Positions 37,086 through 47,006 are shown, counted from the first letter of the stretch. The stretch is 64,000 bases of DNA from an uncultured Gammaproteobacteria bacterium (GCA_964362665.1 CAYIFB010000001.1:48308-112307), one strand, 5' to 3'. Made by a program: numbers and translations. The notes: generated by a model from the sequence alone, not told the origin.

Positions 37086-37900
37086 TTTTTAACCCTCTTT
37101 CCCATTAGAGTCACGAGCTTGTTTCCCTTATTAAATGAGAGAGAATAAAAATGATTGTGTCTTTGAATAAATGCAAATGCATTTTTTGTCGGCGGTTTCG
37201 TATGAGGGTCAAAAGTGAGAAGCTGTGCGGATAGAAGTGTTATTATTCTGGTAAGATCTTTGATCTTTGTTGTCCGGTAAAATTTTGCTTTGCGTAAAAA
37301 AAATATTCTTCCGACGAGATAATGCTGTTGAGTTTTTTTTATCCAGTCATTTTTTTCCCTGACTGGAGACTGGAATCCATAATATTTTTCTCCTATTTTT
37401 CTTACAATGAGGATGTCATCTGAAAAAGCCTGGAAACGCGGGTGTAAAAGTTTCATAGCCGTAGATTTTCCGCCCTCTGATTTAGCACAAAAGAGGAAAA
37501 GACTATTGTTTACGATTGATGCTGAAGTATGCAGAAGGAATCCGTCAGATCTTGAAGCAAGTGTTTGAAGTGCCGTAAGCAATATTAAATTAAACTGGTT
37601 TATGCTTATATGTTGGAATGAAAGAATTTTATATCTGTGTAATTTAAAAAAATGAAGCAGTCCTAAATTAGCATCTTTTGTTTTTCTCGTGAATATCGAT
37701 GGAAAATGTTGGAATAGATGAATGGTAAAATCTATTTTCGAAAGTTTCTTATTAGTTAGAAAAGCTGAATAGTGTTTTTTGATGTCATTCGATAGAGATT
37801 GATTTATCCAAGAGTCATGAATTTCTCTTTCTTGAGTAGGATTTAGAATAATCCTTATATTAAAGCCTCCGGTATAAAGGTCTATCCTCTGTGTTTTCAT
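37082..37900 (-). CDS. HPr-kinase-like P-loop kinase, paralog of 34732-35547
   Basis: GFLLHTSASIVNNSLFLFCAKSEGGKSTAMKLL. C-terminal block …YYGFQSPVREKNDWIKKT aligns with …FYFYQSPVVEKYKWIKKT. Convergent with the peptide gene, which overlaps its 3' end (ATGA-style). Confidence 0.6.
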   Translation of the reverse strand: MKTQRIDLYTGGFNIRIILNPTQEREIHDSWINQSLSNDIKKHYSAFLTNKKLSKIDFTIHLFQHFPSIFTRKTKDANLGLLHFFKLHRYKILSFQHISINQFNLILLTALQTLASRSDGFLLHTSASIVNNSLFLFCAKSEGGKSTAMKLLHPRFQAFSDDILIVRKIGEKYYGFQSPVREKNDWIKKTQQHYLVGRIFFLRKAKFYRTTKIKDLTRIITLLSAQLLTFDPHTKPPTKNAFAFIQRHNHFYSLSFNKGNKLVTLMGKRVKN

Positions 37901-39254
37901 GGATCGTATTATACCTCATACAACCCATTTTCTGATTCTGTTTCAGTGGTATACTTTCTCTGTTGTGACAGCGAACCATCTTCTTATTTTAAATAAGCTT
38001 CAGAAGAAACGGGCTTTCTGGCTTAAATGCGAGGGCATAAGCATGCTTCCGCTGCTTCGTCCCGGCGATATATTATTCTTTAAGAAAATCAAGTTTCATC
38101 AGACGAAGATAAATGAGATTATACTGGTAAAAAAGAGTAATAAAGAGATAGTCCATAGAGTTATTTATAAAAAAAACAATTATCTGGTTACTAAAGGTGA
38201 TCACAATCCTTTGTCAGACGGGAGGACAAATCCAAACGACGTTTTCGCGAAGGTAATCGCAGTAAAGAGAAGTAATAATAAATTCGATTTAGAAAGTTTA
38301 TATCTTTTCCAGTCAACTCTTTACTTTCAGGAAATAGTGAAGGTTAATAAAGCTTTCAGGAAAGAAAAAATTGCTTTTGTCTTTCTGAAAGGCCTTCCTG
38401 TACATCTATTTTATGAAAAAAAACATCCCCGTCGAATATATGCTGACAGCGATATTCTTATTGATCAGACTGATTACGAGAAAGTTGAAAAGGTTTTTAA
38501 GAGGAATGGATTTAAAAAAGTTGATGCTTCCTATTCTAACCTCCATAAACTATTAAAGGATAAACCCACGGAAGTAAGTTTTGTGAAAAAAGTAAATAAT
38601 TTTCCAGTAGTCTTTGACATCCATTTTGAGCCGGTATTTCTAATGAATCAGCTTGGGAAGCTTGATGCTTTGTATCCTGAGAAATTCATGAGGCAGTTGA
38701 CTAGTGATTTCTTACAGACGAAACTAGCAATAAAAGTACAAGGAGAACAATTCTTTATACTTGATATTTCCTACTTAATACTTTACTTAGCTTTGCATTT
38801 TTTCCATCATAACTATCGGGGAATATTCCGGTTACATTTTTTAGATCAGGTGATAAGATTTCGCGCCAGAGAATTAGATTTGGATAAATTGATATCGGAT
38901 ATTAATAAATATCAGGTGCAAAACTTTGTTTATCCGGTATTTTGGTTTTTACAGAAATACTACTCGACTCCGGGAGCCAGTCTGGTATTAAAAAGTATAA
39001 ATATCAAGTCTAAAGAGCTAAAATATATAAAAGAAAATATCTTAAATATCAATATTTTTGATGATGAGTCGAGGGTTCAGGCGGGAATTGCCAGATTTAA
39101 AAATATTTTTCAGCTCTCCCCTTCCCCGTTTTGGAAGAAACTGACACTTATCTTTAATCTGCAGATAATTTACAGCGTTTTCTGGGTTGGGTATTTGAAG
39201 ATTAAAAATTATCACAATTCCCGGAATTTTAATCCGTTTAATTCCGGACAATAA
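37899..39254 (+). CDS. Fusion protein: N-terminal SipW/Sec11-type (S26B) signal-peptidase-like domain plus C-terminal NTP_transf_5-like 'uncharacterised nucleotidyltransferase' domain
   Basis: Peptidase boxes CEGISMLPLLRPGDILFF (Ser), EIVHRVIY (His, ER-type) and TKGDHNPLSDGR. C-terminal domain IAFVFLKGLPVHLFYEKKHPRRIYADSDILIDQTDYEKVEKVFKRNGFKK resembles PF14907-type nucleotidyltransferases seen near lasso/HprK-related loci. The tail reads through a hairpin repeat. Confidence 0.5.
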   Translation: MDRIIPHTTHFLILFQWYTFSVVTANHLLILNKLQKKRAFWLKCEGISMLPLLRPGDILFFKKIKFHQTKINEIILVKKSNKEIVHRVIYKKNNYLVTKGDHNPLSDGRTNPNDVFAKVIAVKRSNNKFDLESLYLFQSTLYFQEIVKVNKAFRKEKIAFVFLKGLPVHLFYEKKHPRRIYADSDILIDQTDYEKVEKVFKRNGFKKVDASYSNLHKLLKDKPTEVSFVKKVNNFPVVFDIHFEPVFLMNQLGKLDALYPEKFMRQLTSDFLQTKLAIKVQGEQFFILDISYLILYLALHFFHHNYRGIFRLHFLDQVIRFRARELDLDKLISDINKYQVQNFVYPVFWFLQKYYSTPGASLVLKSINIKSKELKYIKENILNINIFDDESRVQAGIARFKNIFQLSPSPFWKKLTLIFNLQIIYSVFWVGYLKIKNYHNSRNFNPFNSGQ

Positions 39255-39298
39255 TATATAAAATTCCCGGAATTTAATCCGTTTAATTCCGGGAATTA
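39216..39298. terminator. Two tandem copies of a ~33-bp palindromic element (ccggaatt-N-aattccgg) between convergent genes. Candidate bidirectional terminator or regulatory hairpins.
   Basis: aattcccggaattttaatccgtttaattccgga (39216-39248) and aattcccggaatttaatccgtttaattccgggaatt (39263-39298). Both convergent ORFs end in …NSRN encoded by the palindrome. Confidence 0.4.
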
Positions 39299-39573
39299 AC
39301 TATAATTTTTTTCGCGAAAAGTTCTTTTTCCAGACCCAAGTAATCCTTTTGTGCTCGAATATTGGAGATTTTATATTTTTTTATCATCAGTTCGATTATC
39401 TCCTCCTTACTTAAACCCTTCTTGATTTTGTCAAAGATAAAAGAGGCTGTTTGGTTGAAGGTATAGAGCTGAGATTTCTCACCGTCAAAAATCGTAGTTT
39501 TATTTCCCAGTTTCTGGACGATAAAACCTTTGTTTATTTTATATTTCACCGTTGCGGATTTGGATGTTTTCAT
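39283..39573 (-). CDS. PqqD-family protein (RiPP recognition element / peptide chaperone-like)
   Basis: KGFIVQKLGNKTTIFDGEKSQLYTFNQTASFIFDKIKKGLSKEEIIELMIKKYKISNIRAQKDYLGLEKELFAKKII fits the PqqD pattern (hxxhxxgxxxhlxxxtgxhxxLNxtaxxIWxLldG…eihxxlxxxYdh…dvxxfhxxLxxxxhI). Confidence 0.6.
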   Translation of the reverse strand: MKTSKSATVKYKINKGFIVQKLGNKTTIFDGEKSQLYTFNQTASFIFDKIKKGLSKEEIIELMIKKYKISNIRAQKDYLGLEKELFAKKIIVNSRN

Positions 39574-39587
39574 CTAATATTTAAACA

Positions 39588-40415
39588 ATGAAAATAAAAA
39601 AACTTCTTTCCAGATACAAGACTTTGAATACGTTAATCGTTCTAACTCTACTCCTTCTTGGCTTTGCAATTCTTTATTTTCTCTACTACCGCCAGAGAAG
39701 TCAAGCATTTTTATATGCATCAGTCACTCTCATCAGACCGACTAATATTCCAATTAATGCGGCTTTTAATTGGGTGCCTTACTGGATTGCCAATTCCATC
39801 AATATAAATGACGTAGAAAAAAGCACTTTGGGAAGTCTTAACGCGATAGTTGTGGATAAAACAGCATATGAAGGTCAGGGGTACGGACAATATGTGTATT
39901 TACTTTTAAAAATTAACTCCGTCAAAGACAGATCGGGAGTTTATCTTTATAAAAATAAACCTTTGGTGGTCGGATCCATACTTGACTTAAAACTTAGTAA
40001 CACCCAAACACAAGCGATGGTGACTTATCTTGGTACAATGCCTCCCGTCTATAAATATAAGAAAATAATTTTGTCATTGAAAGGCAGGAGTTGGGAATCA
40101 TGGGTGGTGGACAGCATAAAAGAGGGCAGTGAAATCAAAGACTCCAAAGGGAAAACGATTGCTAAAATTATAGACTTGAAGTCAGGACCGGCGGAAGTCC
40201 GTTCTGATTCCTCTTTGGGGCAGGCAAAAGTTTCGTATGACCAGACTAGAAAAGATTTTACTATCAAGGCGGAAATGATTGTCCGTGATGATAATGGTAT
40301 ATATTACTTTGAAGAATTCCAAAAAGTTAAAGTTGCCGAAGGTCTGTATTTGACTTTTGCACAAAACAGCCTCTCACCTCAAATTTCATCGATTGAATCT
40401 GTGACAGATTTATAA
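39588..40415 (+). CDS. Hypothetical secreted/membrane-anchored protein
   Basis: N-terminal TM LIVLTLLLLGFAILYFLYY. No recognisable domain. Confidence 0.35.
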   Translation: MKIKKLLSRYKTLNTLIVLTLLLLGFAILYFLYYRQRSQAFLYASVTLIRPTNIPINAAFNWVPYWIANSININDVEKSTLGSLNAIVVDKTAYEGQGYGQYVYLLLKINSVKDRSGVYLYKNKPLVVGSILDLKLSNTQTQAMVTYLGTMPPVYKYKKIILSLKGRSWESWVVDSIKEGSEIKDSKGKTIAKIIDLKSGPAEVRSDSSLGQAKVSYDQTRKDFTIKAEMIVRDDNGIYYFEEFQKVKVAEGLYLTFAQNSLSPQISSIESVTDL

Positions 40416-40474
40416 ATTCATTTTTATCGTATTATTTTAATTCTCCACCGGTAATGCTAGTATAATTATTAACA

Positions 40475-42208
40475 ATGCTTTTTAATTTAGGTTTATTGTC
40501 CTTATTTTTTCTTCCTGTAATCGAATCATTCAGACGGGAGGCGGGATTATTTTTTCTCTGTCTGGGTGCCTTACTGCTGGCTTTAAATCCTCAACAATCC
40601 AAAAAAACTCAATTGGATTTTTCAGATCTTTTGTGGTTTATCTTATTGGTTGTTTTCAGCCTCTCATTATTTCATACCGCGTCCTACATCAGGAGTTTCA
40701 GCGAGTTTCTGCGCTATCTGTCATATTTTTTGATTCTTGTGTCAATTAAAAATCATCATGATCACACTAGTCTTTTAAAAAGTTTTTATTTACCCATGAT
40801 TGTAGTAAATTCCATAATTCTATCTCTTCTTAGCTGGTGGTATTTGATTCCGGTAGTTCACTTCTATACTCCTCCACCCTTAAATCTATATTTTGCCAAT
40901 TTCGGCCACAACAGACTTTCCGCCATACTTATTTTTGCCCTACCGATTACAGCAATATTTTCTACGCTAAGTTATAAGAAGAAATATCTTTATAAACTTT
41001 TAACAGTGTTTCTGTTTATCTCCCTGATTTTTACAGTTGCCCGCGGGGCATTTCTAGAATTGTCTTTTTCGTCACTCATCGTGCTTTTGTTATATTTTAA
41101 AAGAAATAGTGTAGATGCCCAAAATCCGGAGAAAAGACAATTGATGTCTTATGTGAGCTTTTTCAGCCTGATCACCATAATATTTCTGGTATTTAATTTC
41201 ATCTATTCAAATTTTTTCAATCCCTCAAACTTTCCTTTAAATATCCGCAATACTTATAAACCGGTTATGGGTGAATTAAGGCTTGAGTATATTCGGCAGG
41301 CGGTATCTGAATTTGCCAGACACCCGCTTCGGGGTACTGGACTTGATACTTTTGTATATGTCTCAAGAATTAATCAACTTCGTGGCAGTCAAAGTTCAGA
41401 TTATGTTCATAACCAATTTCTGGAAATTTTTACGGAAACAGGAATTTTTGGCGGTATTATATTTGCGGTATTAATGTGTTATTTATTGGTCAAATCATAT
41501 TCTCATAACAAGAAGTTACAGGGTCCAGATAAAATTTATCATTTGGCTGTAATGATTGGGCTTTTGGCGTCATACTTTTCTTCTCTCATTGATTACGATT
41601 GGCAGTACATCTCTATTTTTTTCATCTTATTCCTCGGTCTTATTCTGACATCCGATCATGAAGATCAGCCAAAATACGATATGCACCAAAATGGTTGGAG
41701 GATTTTTATATTTTTATATTTTCTGGCTTTTCTGGTCAAGTTTATTTTACTAAAAAACGTTCCTGAATATTCTAAGAAAATTGATCAGCTGATACAAAAA
41801 AACGAATTGGTTGCGGCAGAAAATTTGGCACTGCGATTTCATAAACTGGATCAAGGCGGCCAACCCGCGATTGTACGGCTTATTGAAATCTCACAAAAAT
41901 CAGGAAACGCAGAGAAGAACCATTATTGGAATGAACAGCTTATAAAAACCAGTCCTTATGATCAGGATTATACCCGCAGAGAAGATTTCCGCCTGTATCT
42001 CACAGACATGCAAAAAAAAGTTGTCCTTGGCAATGCGAATGATGCCATGAGTATTTTCAAGACATTAAAATCAAAATATCCGGATCTTTATCAGCAGATC
42101 AATAGTGACGCTTATTTAAATAAAATCATTCTGGCTCTAAATAATAATAATAATTCTGAGGCTTTGGAAATTTTCCAATCCTTAATTATTTCAGGTATGA
42201 AAATATAG
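40475..42208 (+). CDS. O-antigen-ligase-family membrane protein with C-terminal TPR-like soluble domain
   Basis: Multi-TM with a Wzy_C-like loop (…RHPLRGTGLDTFVYVS…HNQFLEIFTETGIFGGIIFAVLM). C-terminal ~170 aa helical repeats. Confidence 0.5.
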   Translation: MLFNLGLLSLFFLPVIESFRREAGLFFLCLGALLLALNPQQSKKTQLDFSDLLWFILLVVFSLSLFHTASYIRSFSEFLRYLSYFLILVSIKNHHDHTSLLKSFYLPMIVVNSIILSLLSWWYLIPVVHFYTPPPLNLYFANFGHNRLSAILIFALPITAIFSTLSYKKKYLYKLLTVFLFISLIFTVARGAFLELSFSSLIVLLLYFKRNSVDAQNPEKRQLMSYVSFFSLITIIFLVFNFIYSNFFNPSNFPLNIRNTYKPVMGELRLEYIRQAVSEFARHPLRGTGLDTFVYVSRINQLRGSQSSDYVHNQFLEIFTETGIFGGIIFAVLMCYLLVKSYSHNKKLQGPDKIYHLAVMIGLLASYFSSLIDYDWQYISIFFILFLGLILTSDHEDQPKYDMHQNGWRIFIFLYFLAFLVKFILLKNVPEYSKKIDQLIQKNELVAAENLALRFHKLDQGGQPAIVRLIEISQKSGNAEKNHYWNEQLIKTSPYDQDYTRREDFRLYLTDMQKKVVLGNANDAMSIFKTLKSKYPDLYQQINSDAYLNKIILALNNNNNSEALEIFQSLIISGMKI

Positions 42209-42251
42209 TGAAACATATTGACTTATCTCTTGTGTCTGATATTCTTAAAAT

Positions 42252-45200
42252 ATGACGCATAAAATAATTTCTGCGTTGGTTTTTGTATCGGTAATATTCC
42301 TCCTATTCTTTATCTCTATAAAAACATCGCCATTAAGCGAAGTATCTGCTGCTACCTACTGTCCAGCCTTGGTATCATATTATGTTGGTCCGACGGCAGT
42401 AGCACCGGCAGCCAGGATATCAGTCACCTGTAATTATGGAGTGCAATTGTCGTGTATTGGAGCTAAAAGCGCGCCAACTGACTATACAAATTGCAATTGG
42501 CTTGGTTTTGGGGGAAATAATAATGCGCGGTTTTCTTGTAAAGTTCCGGCTACAGGAGGATTATATACGAATAAATGCACACTATCCAGTGGTGGCGGTG
42601 ATGATTGCTGTGTCCAAAGTGATCCAGCTGGTTCTTATGAAGTTTGCTCGGAAACTGCCCCTTCAGGACTGAATGTAACTAACTTAACCAATAATTCGGC
42701 TACTCTCAACTGGACTCCGGGGACAGCTATTGCGGGATCGGTACAGAAGTTACGGGTGGGGGCAAGTGCAAATGAGGTAAATACCGGGTGTAATGGCGGA
42801 TACGATCCTCCACTTACTCCTGCGCCGACCTGTGTTATAAAATCAGATTTACCCTTGAATACTTCATCACAGAATACCGGAGCTATTTTGAATTCTAATC
42901 AACTATATTACTGGAGAGTAGTAACTTTTCAGAGCGCGGCATGTTACGTTGACAACAGACCTCCAGATCAAAGCTTTACGACGCTTTTAAATCCGACAAA
43001 TACTCCCATTCTAATACCTACGAAAACACCTACGCCGACGGTAACTCCTACTTCTACGCCTACTAATACTCCTACTTCTACTCCTACTAATACTCCTACT
43101 TCTACTCCAACCGCAACTCCTACCGTAACCCTTACCCCAACTCCTATTTTTACCTGCGGATTGACAGCCTGTCCTGACTTGACTTGTTCCAATCCAATAC
43201 CGGCAAATTGTACTATCTGTACTGATTTTCTTTGTACTCAGCCTACTATAGCGCCGACAAATACTCCTACCGTTACTCCAACAGTTACTAATACACCCAC
43301 CTACACTCCTACTCCTAGCAATACACCTACATCTACACCCACATTAACACCAACCATTACACCTACAAATACGCCGACAGTGACTCCTACGATTACCCTT
43401 ACACCGACCGTAACCCTTACCCCAACTCCTGTAGGAGGAAATTACTGTGGAGCAGGTTGTCCGGATTTGGACTGTGCCAATCCGACTCCAGCTGATGGAT
43501 GTTCCACCTGTACTGATTTTGTTTGTAGCTTGCAGCCAACTTCGACTCCTACTTTAACACCGACATTAACACCGACTTTTACCCCTTCTCCTACTCCGAC
43601 GAGTACACCTACTGATACTCCTACTCCGACTCTAACGGAGACACCTACTCCAACACCCACAGTTACCTTGACTCCGACACCCACTTTTTATAATGTTTAT
43701 GGCTGGATTTATACGGAAACAAATAATACTGTAATTAGAAATGAAGAACAAAACGAAGGATTAATTCCTAATTATACGGTGGACCTGACGGGAGATCAGA
43801 CTCTTTCCACAACTTCTCAAGGCTCTCCTATTGCCGGATTTTTAGCAAATTATATCCTAACGCCTCTTTATAATGGCATATTTCAGCTGGAAATGGTTAT
43901 CACTCCGACAGGCTATACACTTTATAAAGGACCTCCGGGAGCCACTCCTTCTCCTTATACCAACCCTAAAGTCGTTATTTTAGCCGGAGGAGACGCTATT
44001 GGTGATTTTCCGTTTATTACAATTACTCCTTACATAAGTCCAACAGCTACTCCGACTGTCACGCCGTCTTCTACCCCGCCTCCAATTTCGCCAACGCCTA
44101 CTTCGATCTGGACTCCTACACCGTCTGTCGGACCAGGAACACCAACACCTACAAACTACGTTTGTCAGACACTGCCGACACCCATTCTGAACGCGCCGGC
44201 AGAAAATCTATGCACCAATATCAAACCGACTTTCTCAGCATATGTCCTGGATCCGAACAACGATAATGTCTGGGGTCATTTCTATAGTACTGATACTATA
44301 TCGTTTGATAGGATCGGTTCAGTGGTAAATCCAAGCGGAGGTAATAGTACCTGGATACCTGACGGCTCTGTTCTTAACAGCTCGGGAGCTTATATGTGGA
44401 CGGCTTATACGGAAACATCTTCCTGTCCGCGCTCATTTGATGCTCCAGCTAATCGTTTAAACATGGATTATACGGCTCCTCCGAAACCTCAATCGCCAAG
44501 CTGTAGCCTGACTAGTCAAAATTATATTACCGGCCAATGTTCTTTTCATTGTAGTTGGAGTGCTGATCCGGAACCGACTCCGCAATCCTGCAGTGATACC
44601 AATGATTATCACCCTGTTTTCAGGACTGATCCGGGACCAGGAGCTTGGGATCCGGGTTGGATTGGTAACAGCTTATCTACTGATGTGACAACAGAGGTGG
44701 CCCAGGAATTGTATGCCAAAGTTACGGCAAGGGACGGTCTTGGTAACACTTCAGAAACTTCAGATGAGTCGGTAAGTGCGGTTTGCCCTGAAATTATTTA
44801 TTCCGTCTCTCCAACTCCCGGTGGTCCGACAGCAACTCCTACTGGAGGGGTTATTCCAACAGTCACTCTTACACCCACAGCCACTCCAACTCCAACCCCG
44901 GGTATTTGGACCCAGGTTTTCGGCGGAGATATTTATGAGCCGTCTCTTCTGCAAAGAAATGTACCTTCAGGCAAATACTATTTGAATAATATAGATGTTG
45001 TCCCAACTCCGGTGAGCGCCGGAATACTTTGGTCGACTTCAGGAGCTGGGGATTTCGGAAATGGCTTCTCATCTCCTACAAACTGGCAGGTAGGATCAAC
45101 TCTTTCCAATACTTTTAATTTTTCTTATTATTGGGAAGCACTCAAGAATAATCCCGCTGCAGTAAACGTGAATAGTACGGTGATTCTAAATCCTACCGCC

Positions 45201-45614
45201 GCAATTAATCTGTATAACGTCGGTGGTTCAGTTACCTTAGAGGCTAATAGTTTAATCTTACCGGCATCAAAAGTGGCCATCTTTTTGATTACCGGCACTT
45301 TGGAGATTAAAAATAATTTTACTATAGCCAGCGACGAATCAGTCGTTTTTGTCGTCAGCGGCAATATTGAGGTTGACCCTAGTGTGACCAGAATAGACGG
45401 GCTTTTTATGGACAGCGGATCATTTACAGTTGCAGCCGGATCCGATCAGCTTGTGGTCAACGGTATGGTTTATACTACAAATATGAGTTTAAACAGAACT
45501 CTTCGAAGTTTTACCACACCTGCCTATAAATTTATCTATCAGCCGAAATATGTGATTACATTATTGCCATACCTGGGAAGATCACAGGTTAATTGGCAGG
45601 AGGCGGCGCCATGA
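42252..45614 (+). CDS. Large secreted surface protein: FN3-like region, long Pro/Thr (TPT) linkers, a twice-repeated 4-Cys module (C-x2-CPDL-x-C-x-NP-x-PA-x1-2-C-x2-CTDF-x-C) and a C-terminal beta-rich domain. Candidate pilus-associated adhesin.
   Basis: Signal peptide. [15 protein letters not shown] repeats. Modules [32 protein letters not shown] and [32 protein letters not shown]. Immediately followed by a PilX-like gene and pilMNO. Confidence 0.5.
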   Translation: MTHKIISALVFVSVIFLLFFISIKTSPLSEVSAATYCPALVSYYVGPTAVAPAARISVTCNYGVQLSCIGAKSAPTDYTNCNWLGFGGNNNARFSCKVPATGGLYTNKCTLSSGGGDDCCVQSDPAGSYEVCSETAPSGLNVTNLTNNSATLNWTPGTAIAGSVQKLRVGASANEVNTGCNGGYDPPLTPAPTCVIKSDLPLNTSSQNTGAILNSNQLYYWRVVTFQSAACYVDNRPPDQSFTTLLNPTNTPILIPTKTPTPTVTPTSTPTNTPTSTPTNTPTSTPTATPTVTLTPTPIFTCGLTACPDLTCSNPIPANCTICTDFLCTQPTIAPTNTPTVTPTVTNTPTYTPTPSNTPTSTPTLTPTITPTNTPTVTPTITLTPTVTLTPTPVGGNYCGAGCPDLDCANPTPADGCSTCTDFVCSLQPTSTPTLTPTLTPTFTPSPTPTSTPTDTPTPTLTETPTPTPTVTLTPTPTFYNVYGWIYTETNNTVIRNEEQNEGLIPNYTVDLTGDQTLSTTSQGSPIAGFLANYILTPLYNGIFQLEMVITPTGYTLYKGPPGATPSPYTNPKVVILAGGDAIGDFPFITITPYISPTATPTVTPSSTPPPISPTPTSIWTPTPSVGPGTPTPTNYVCQTLPTPILNAPAENLCTNIKPTFSAYVLDPNNDNVWGHFYSTDTISFDRIGSVVNPSGGNSTWIPDGSVLNSSGAYMWTAYTETSSCPRSFDAPANRLNMDYTAPPKPQSPSCSLTSQNYITGQCSFHCSWSADPEPTPQSCSDTNDYHPVFRTDPGPGAWDPGWIGNSLSTDVTTEVAQELYAKVTARDGLGNTSETSDESVSAVCPEIIYSVSPTPGGPTATPTGGVIPTVTLTPTATPTPTPGIWTQVFGGDIYEPSLLQRNVPSGKYYLNNIDVVPTPVSAGILWSTSGAGDFGNGFSSPTNWQVGSTLSNTFNFSYYWEALKNNPAAVNVNSTVILNPTAAINLYNVGGSVTLEANSLILPASKVAIFLITGTLEIKNNFTIASDESVVFVVSGNIEVDPSVTRIDGLFMDSGSFTVAAGSDQLVVNGMVYTTNMSLNRTLRSFTTPAYKFIYQPKYVITLLPYLGRSQVNWQEAAP
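43006..43690 (+). repeat. Low-complexity (ACN-CCN)n tracts encoding TPT linkers, interrupted by the two Cys modules (~43147-43245 and ~43441-43535)
   Basis: Read directly (actcctacttctacgcctactaatactcct…). The antisense ORFs listed in the track for this region are artefacts of the repeat. Confidence 0.7.
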
Positions 45615-46423
45615 GAAAAAATTCCGGACAAATTGTTTTAATACTTGTTTTAATCACCGTGGTTGGGTTAACTATCGGATTATCCCTGATATCAAGAACC
45701 GTGACAGATGTCAGAATTTCATCGCAGATTGAGGAATCAGGTCGAGCTTTTTCTGCTGCAGAAGCCGGGGTAGAAAACGCCCTAAAAGTGGTAAATGTTT
45801 TTCCTACCGGAACAACCAAATCTGTAAATTTAAATAATGCAACGGCAGATTATTCGGTATCTGATATGGGAGGCGATAGTAGTCTCTATTCTTTTCCTCT
45901 AGTAGAAGCTAACTCTTCCCAGCTTTTATGGCTGGTGAATCATAACTCTGATGGAAGTTTAGGTACCAATTATTATGACATTACAGGTTCGATCGATATT
46001 TGTTGGGGTGCGGCTGGAAATAAATCAGCAGTAATTCTAAGTTTATATTACGAAACAGGTGGTGAATATAAAATAGCCAAAGCATCATTTGACTCCATTA
46101 CCCGCGGCAACCAATTTGCCATAGCAGATACTATAGGAGGGCCTTTTTGTGGTAGTTCTTATATTTACAAACATACGGTAAACTTCAACTCTGATTATGG
46201 GTTAAGTTCTGCCAATTTAATAGCATTAAGAATGACACCTGTTTATGAAAATACCTCAATCGGCGTAAAACCTACTGCACAATTACCAGTGCAGGGAAAC
46301 CAGGTAAATTCTGTAGGTAAATCCAGTACAGGGGTGGTTCGCAAGATTCAGGTCAATAAAAGTTATAATCTTCTTCCCAATTTGTTAGATTTCGCTCTTT
46401 ATTGTGAGACCAGTTGCCAGTAA
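45593..46423 (+). CDS. PilX-N-like minor pilin / pilus-associated protein
   Basis: N-terminus [27 protein letters not shown] resembles the PilX N-terminal domain. Overlaps the end of the 1120-aa gene. Upstream of pilMNO. Confidence 0.45.
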   Translation: MAGGGAMRKNSGQIVLILVLITVVGLTIGLSLISRTVTDVRISSQIEESGRAFSAAEAGVENALKVVNVFPTGTTKSVNLNNATADYSVSDMGGDSSLYSFPLVEANSSQLLWLVNHNSDGSLGTNYYDITGSIDICWGAAGNKSAVILSLYYETGGEYKIAKASFDSITRGNQFAIADTIGGPFCGSSYIYKHTVNFNSDYGLSSANLIALRMTPVYENTSIGVKPTAQLPVQGNQVNSVGKSSTGVVRKIQVNKSYNLLPNLLDFALYCETSCQ

Positions 46424-46458
46424 TGTAAAAAAATATAACCGTAAATAAATCTTTATTC

Positions 46459-46490
46459 TTGACAATATATTTTAAATTAGTGGATAATCA
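46459..46490 (+). promoter_or_regulatory. Sigma70-like promoter candidate (TTGACA-18-GATAAT) for the 46501 gene. It shows that the TTG start in the ORF track (46459) is not real.
   Basis: A perfect -35 hexamer, followed downstream by an ATG at 46501 (MNKKLLVL…). Confidence 0.35.
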
Positions 46491-46500
46491 TTGTAGAGAT

Positions 46501-46905
46501 ATGAATAAGAAATTATTGGTTTTAACTTTAATATTGATAATTGCAGGAATAATAATCGGTTATTTATGGCAGTCCGGTTTGTATAATAATAAAACTTACA
46601 TTCCGGAAGTACAAAATCAACTTAACCAGAATCTACTAACACCAACAACAATCTCGTCGGTAACACTAATCCCAACTCCAACTTATCCGCCTTACTCATT
46701 ACAGATATCTGACATCGATGAAACATTCATATATGTTAAGAATCAAAAAGGTAGCGTCAGGCTAAGTAAATCTAAAGTTAAAGTTTTTAAAAGGTCAGGT
46801 GACCAGCTAAATCCTGCTACATTAAATGATCTAAGGATCGGTCAAAATGTCACAGTAAATGTAATTGAGGCAGGTAAAGAGTCGCATATTATTATAGAAT
46901 CCTAA
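46501..46905 (+). CDS. Small membrane-anchored/secreted hypothetical protein
   Basis: MNKKLLVLTLILIIAGIIIGYLW signal anchor. No recognisable domain. Confidence 0.4.
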   Translation: MNKKLLVLTLILIIAGIIIGYLWQSGLYNNKTYIPEVQNQLNQNLLTPTTISSVTLIPTPTYPPYSLQISDIDETFIYVKNQKGSVRLSKSKVKVFKRSGDQLNPATLNDLRIGQNVTVNVIEAGKESHIIIES

Positions 46906-46953
46906 CCGCATAAGATTAATTGTATACTACTCATCCTTTACTTGTTTATCCCA

Positions 46954-46982
46954 TTGACTTTTTTCCCACTTCTGAAGATACT
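46954..46982 (+). promoter_or_regulatory. Weak sigma70-like promoter candidate (TTGACT-17-GATACT) upstream of pilM
   Basis: Read from the sequence. Low information content. Confidence 0.2.
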
Positions 46983-47006
46983 TAAATAGAGTGACTTATT
47001 TTTAAA

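Noticed and set aside
42968-43684. Antisense ORFs (74 and 80 aa) made of GV/VG repeats
   Set aside because: They are reverse-complement reading artefacts of the (ACN-CCN)n Thr-Pro repeat DNA inside the 1120-aa gene. They do not look like CRISPR or a separate gene.
42990-43690. Possible CRISPR-like periodic repeats
   Set aside because: The periodicity is the 6-9-nt codon-level TPT repeat inside an ORF. There are no 25-40-bp direct repeats with unique spacers, and no cas genes.
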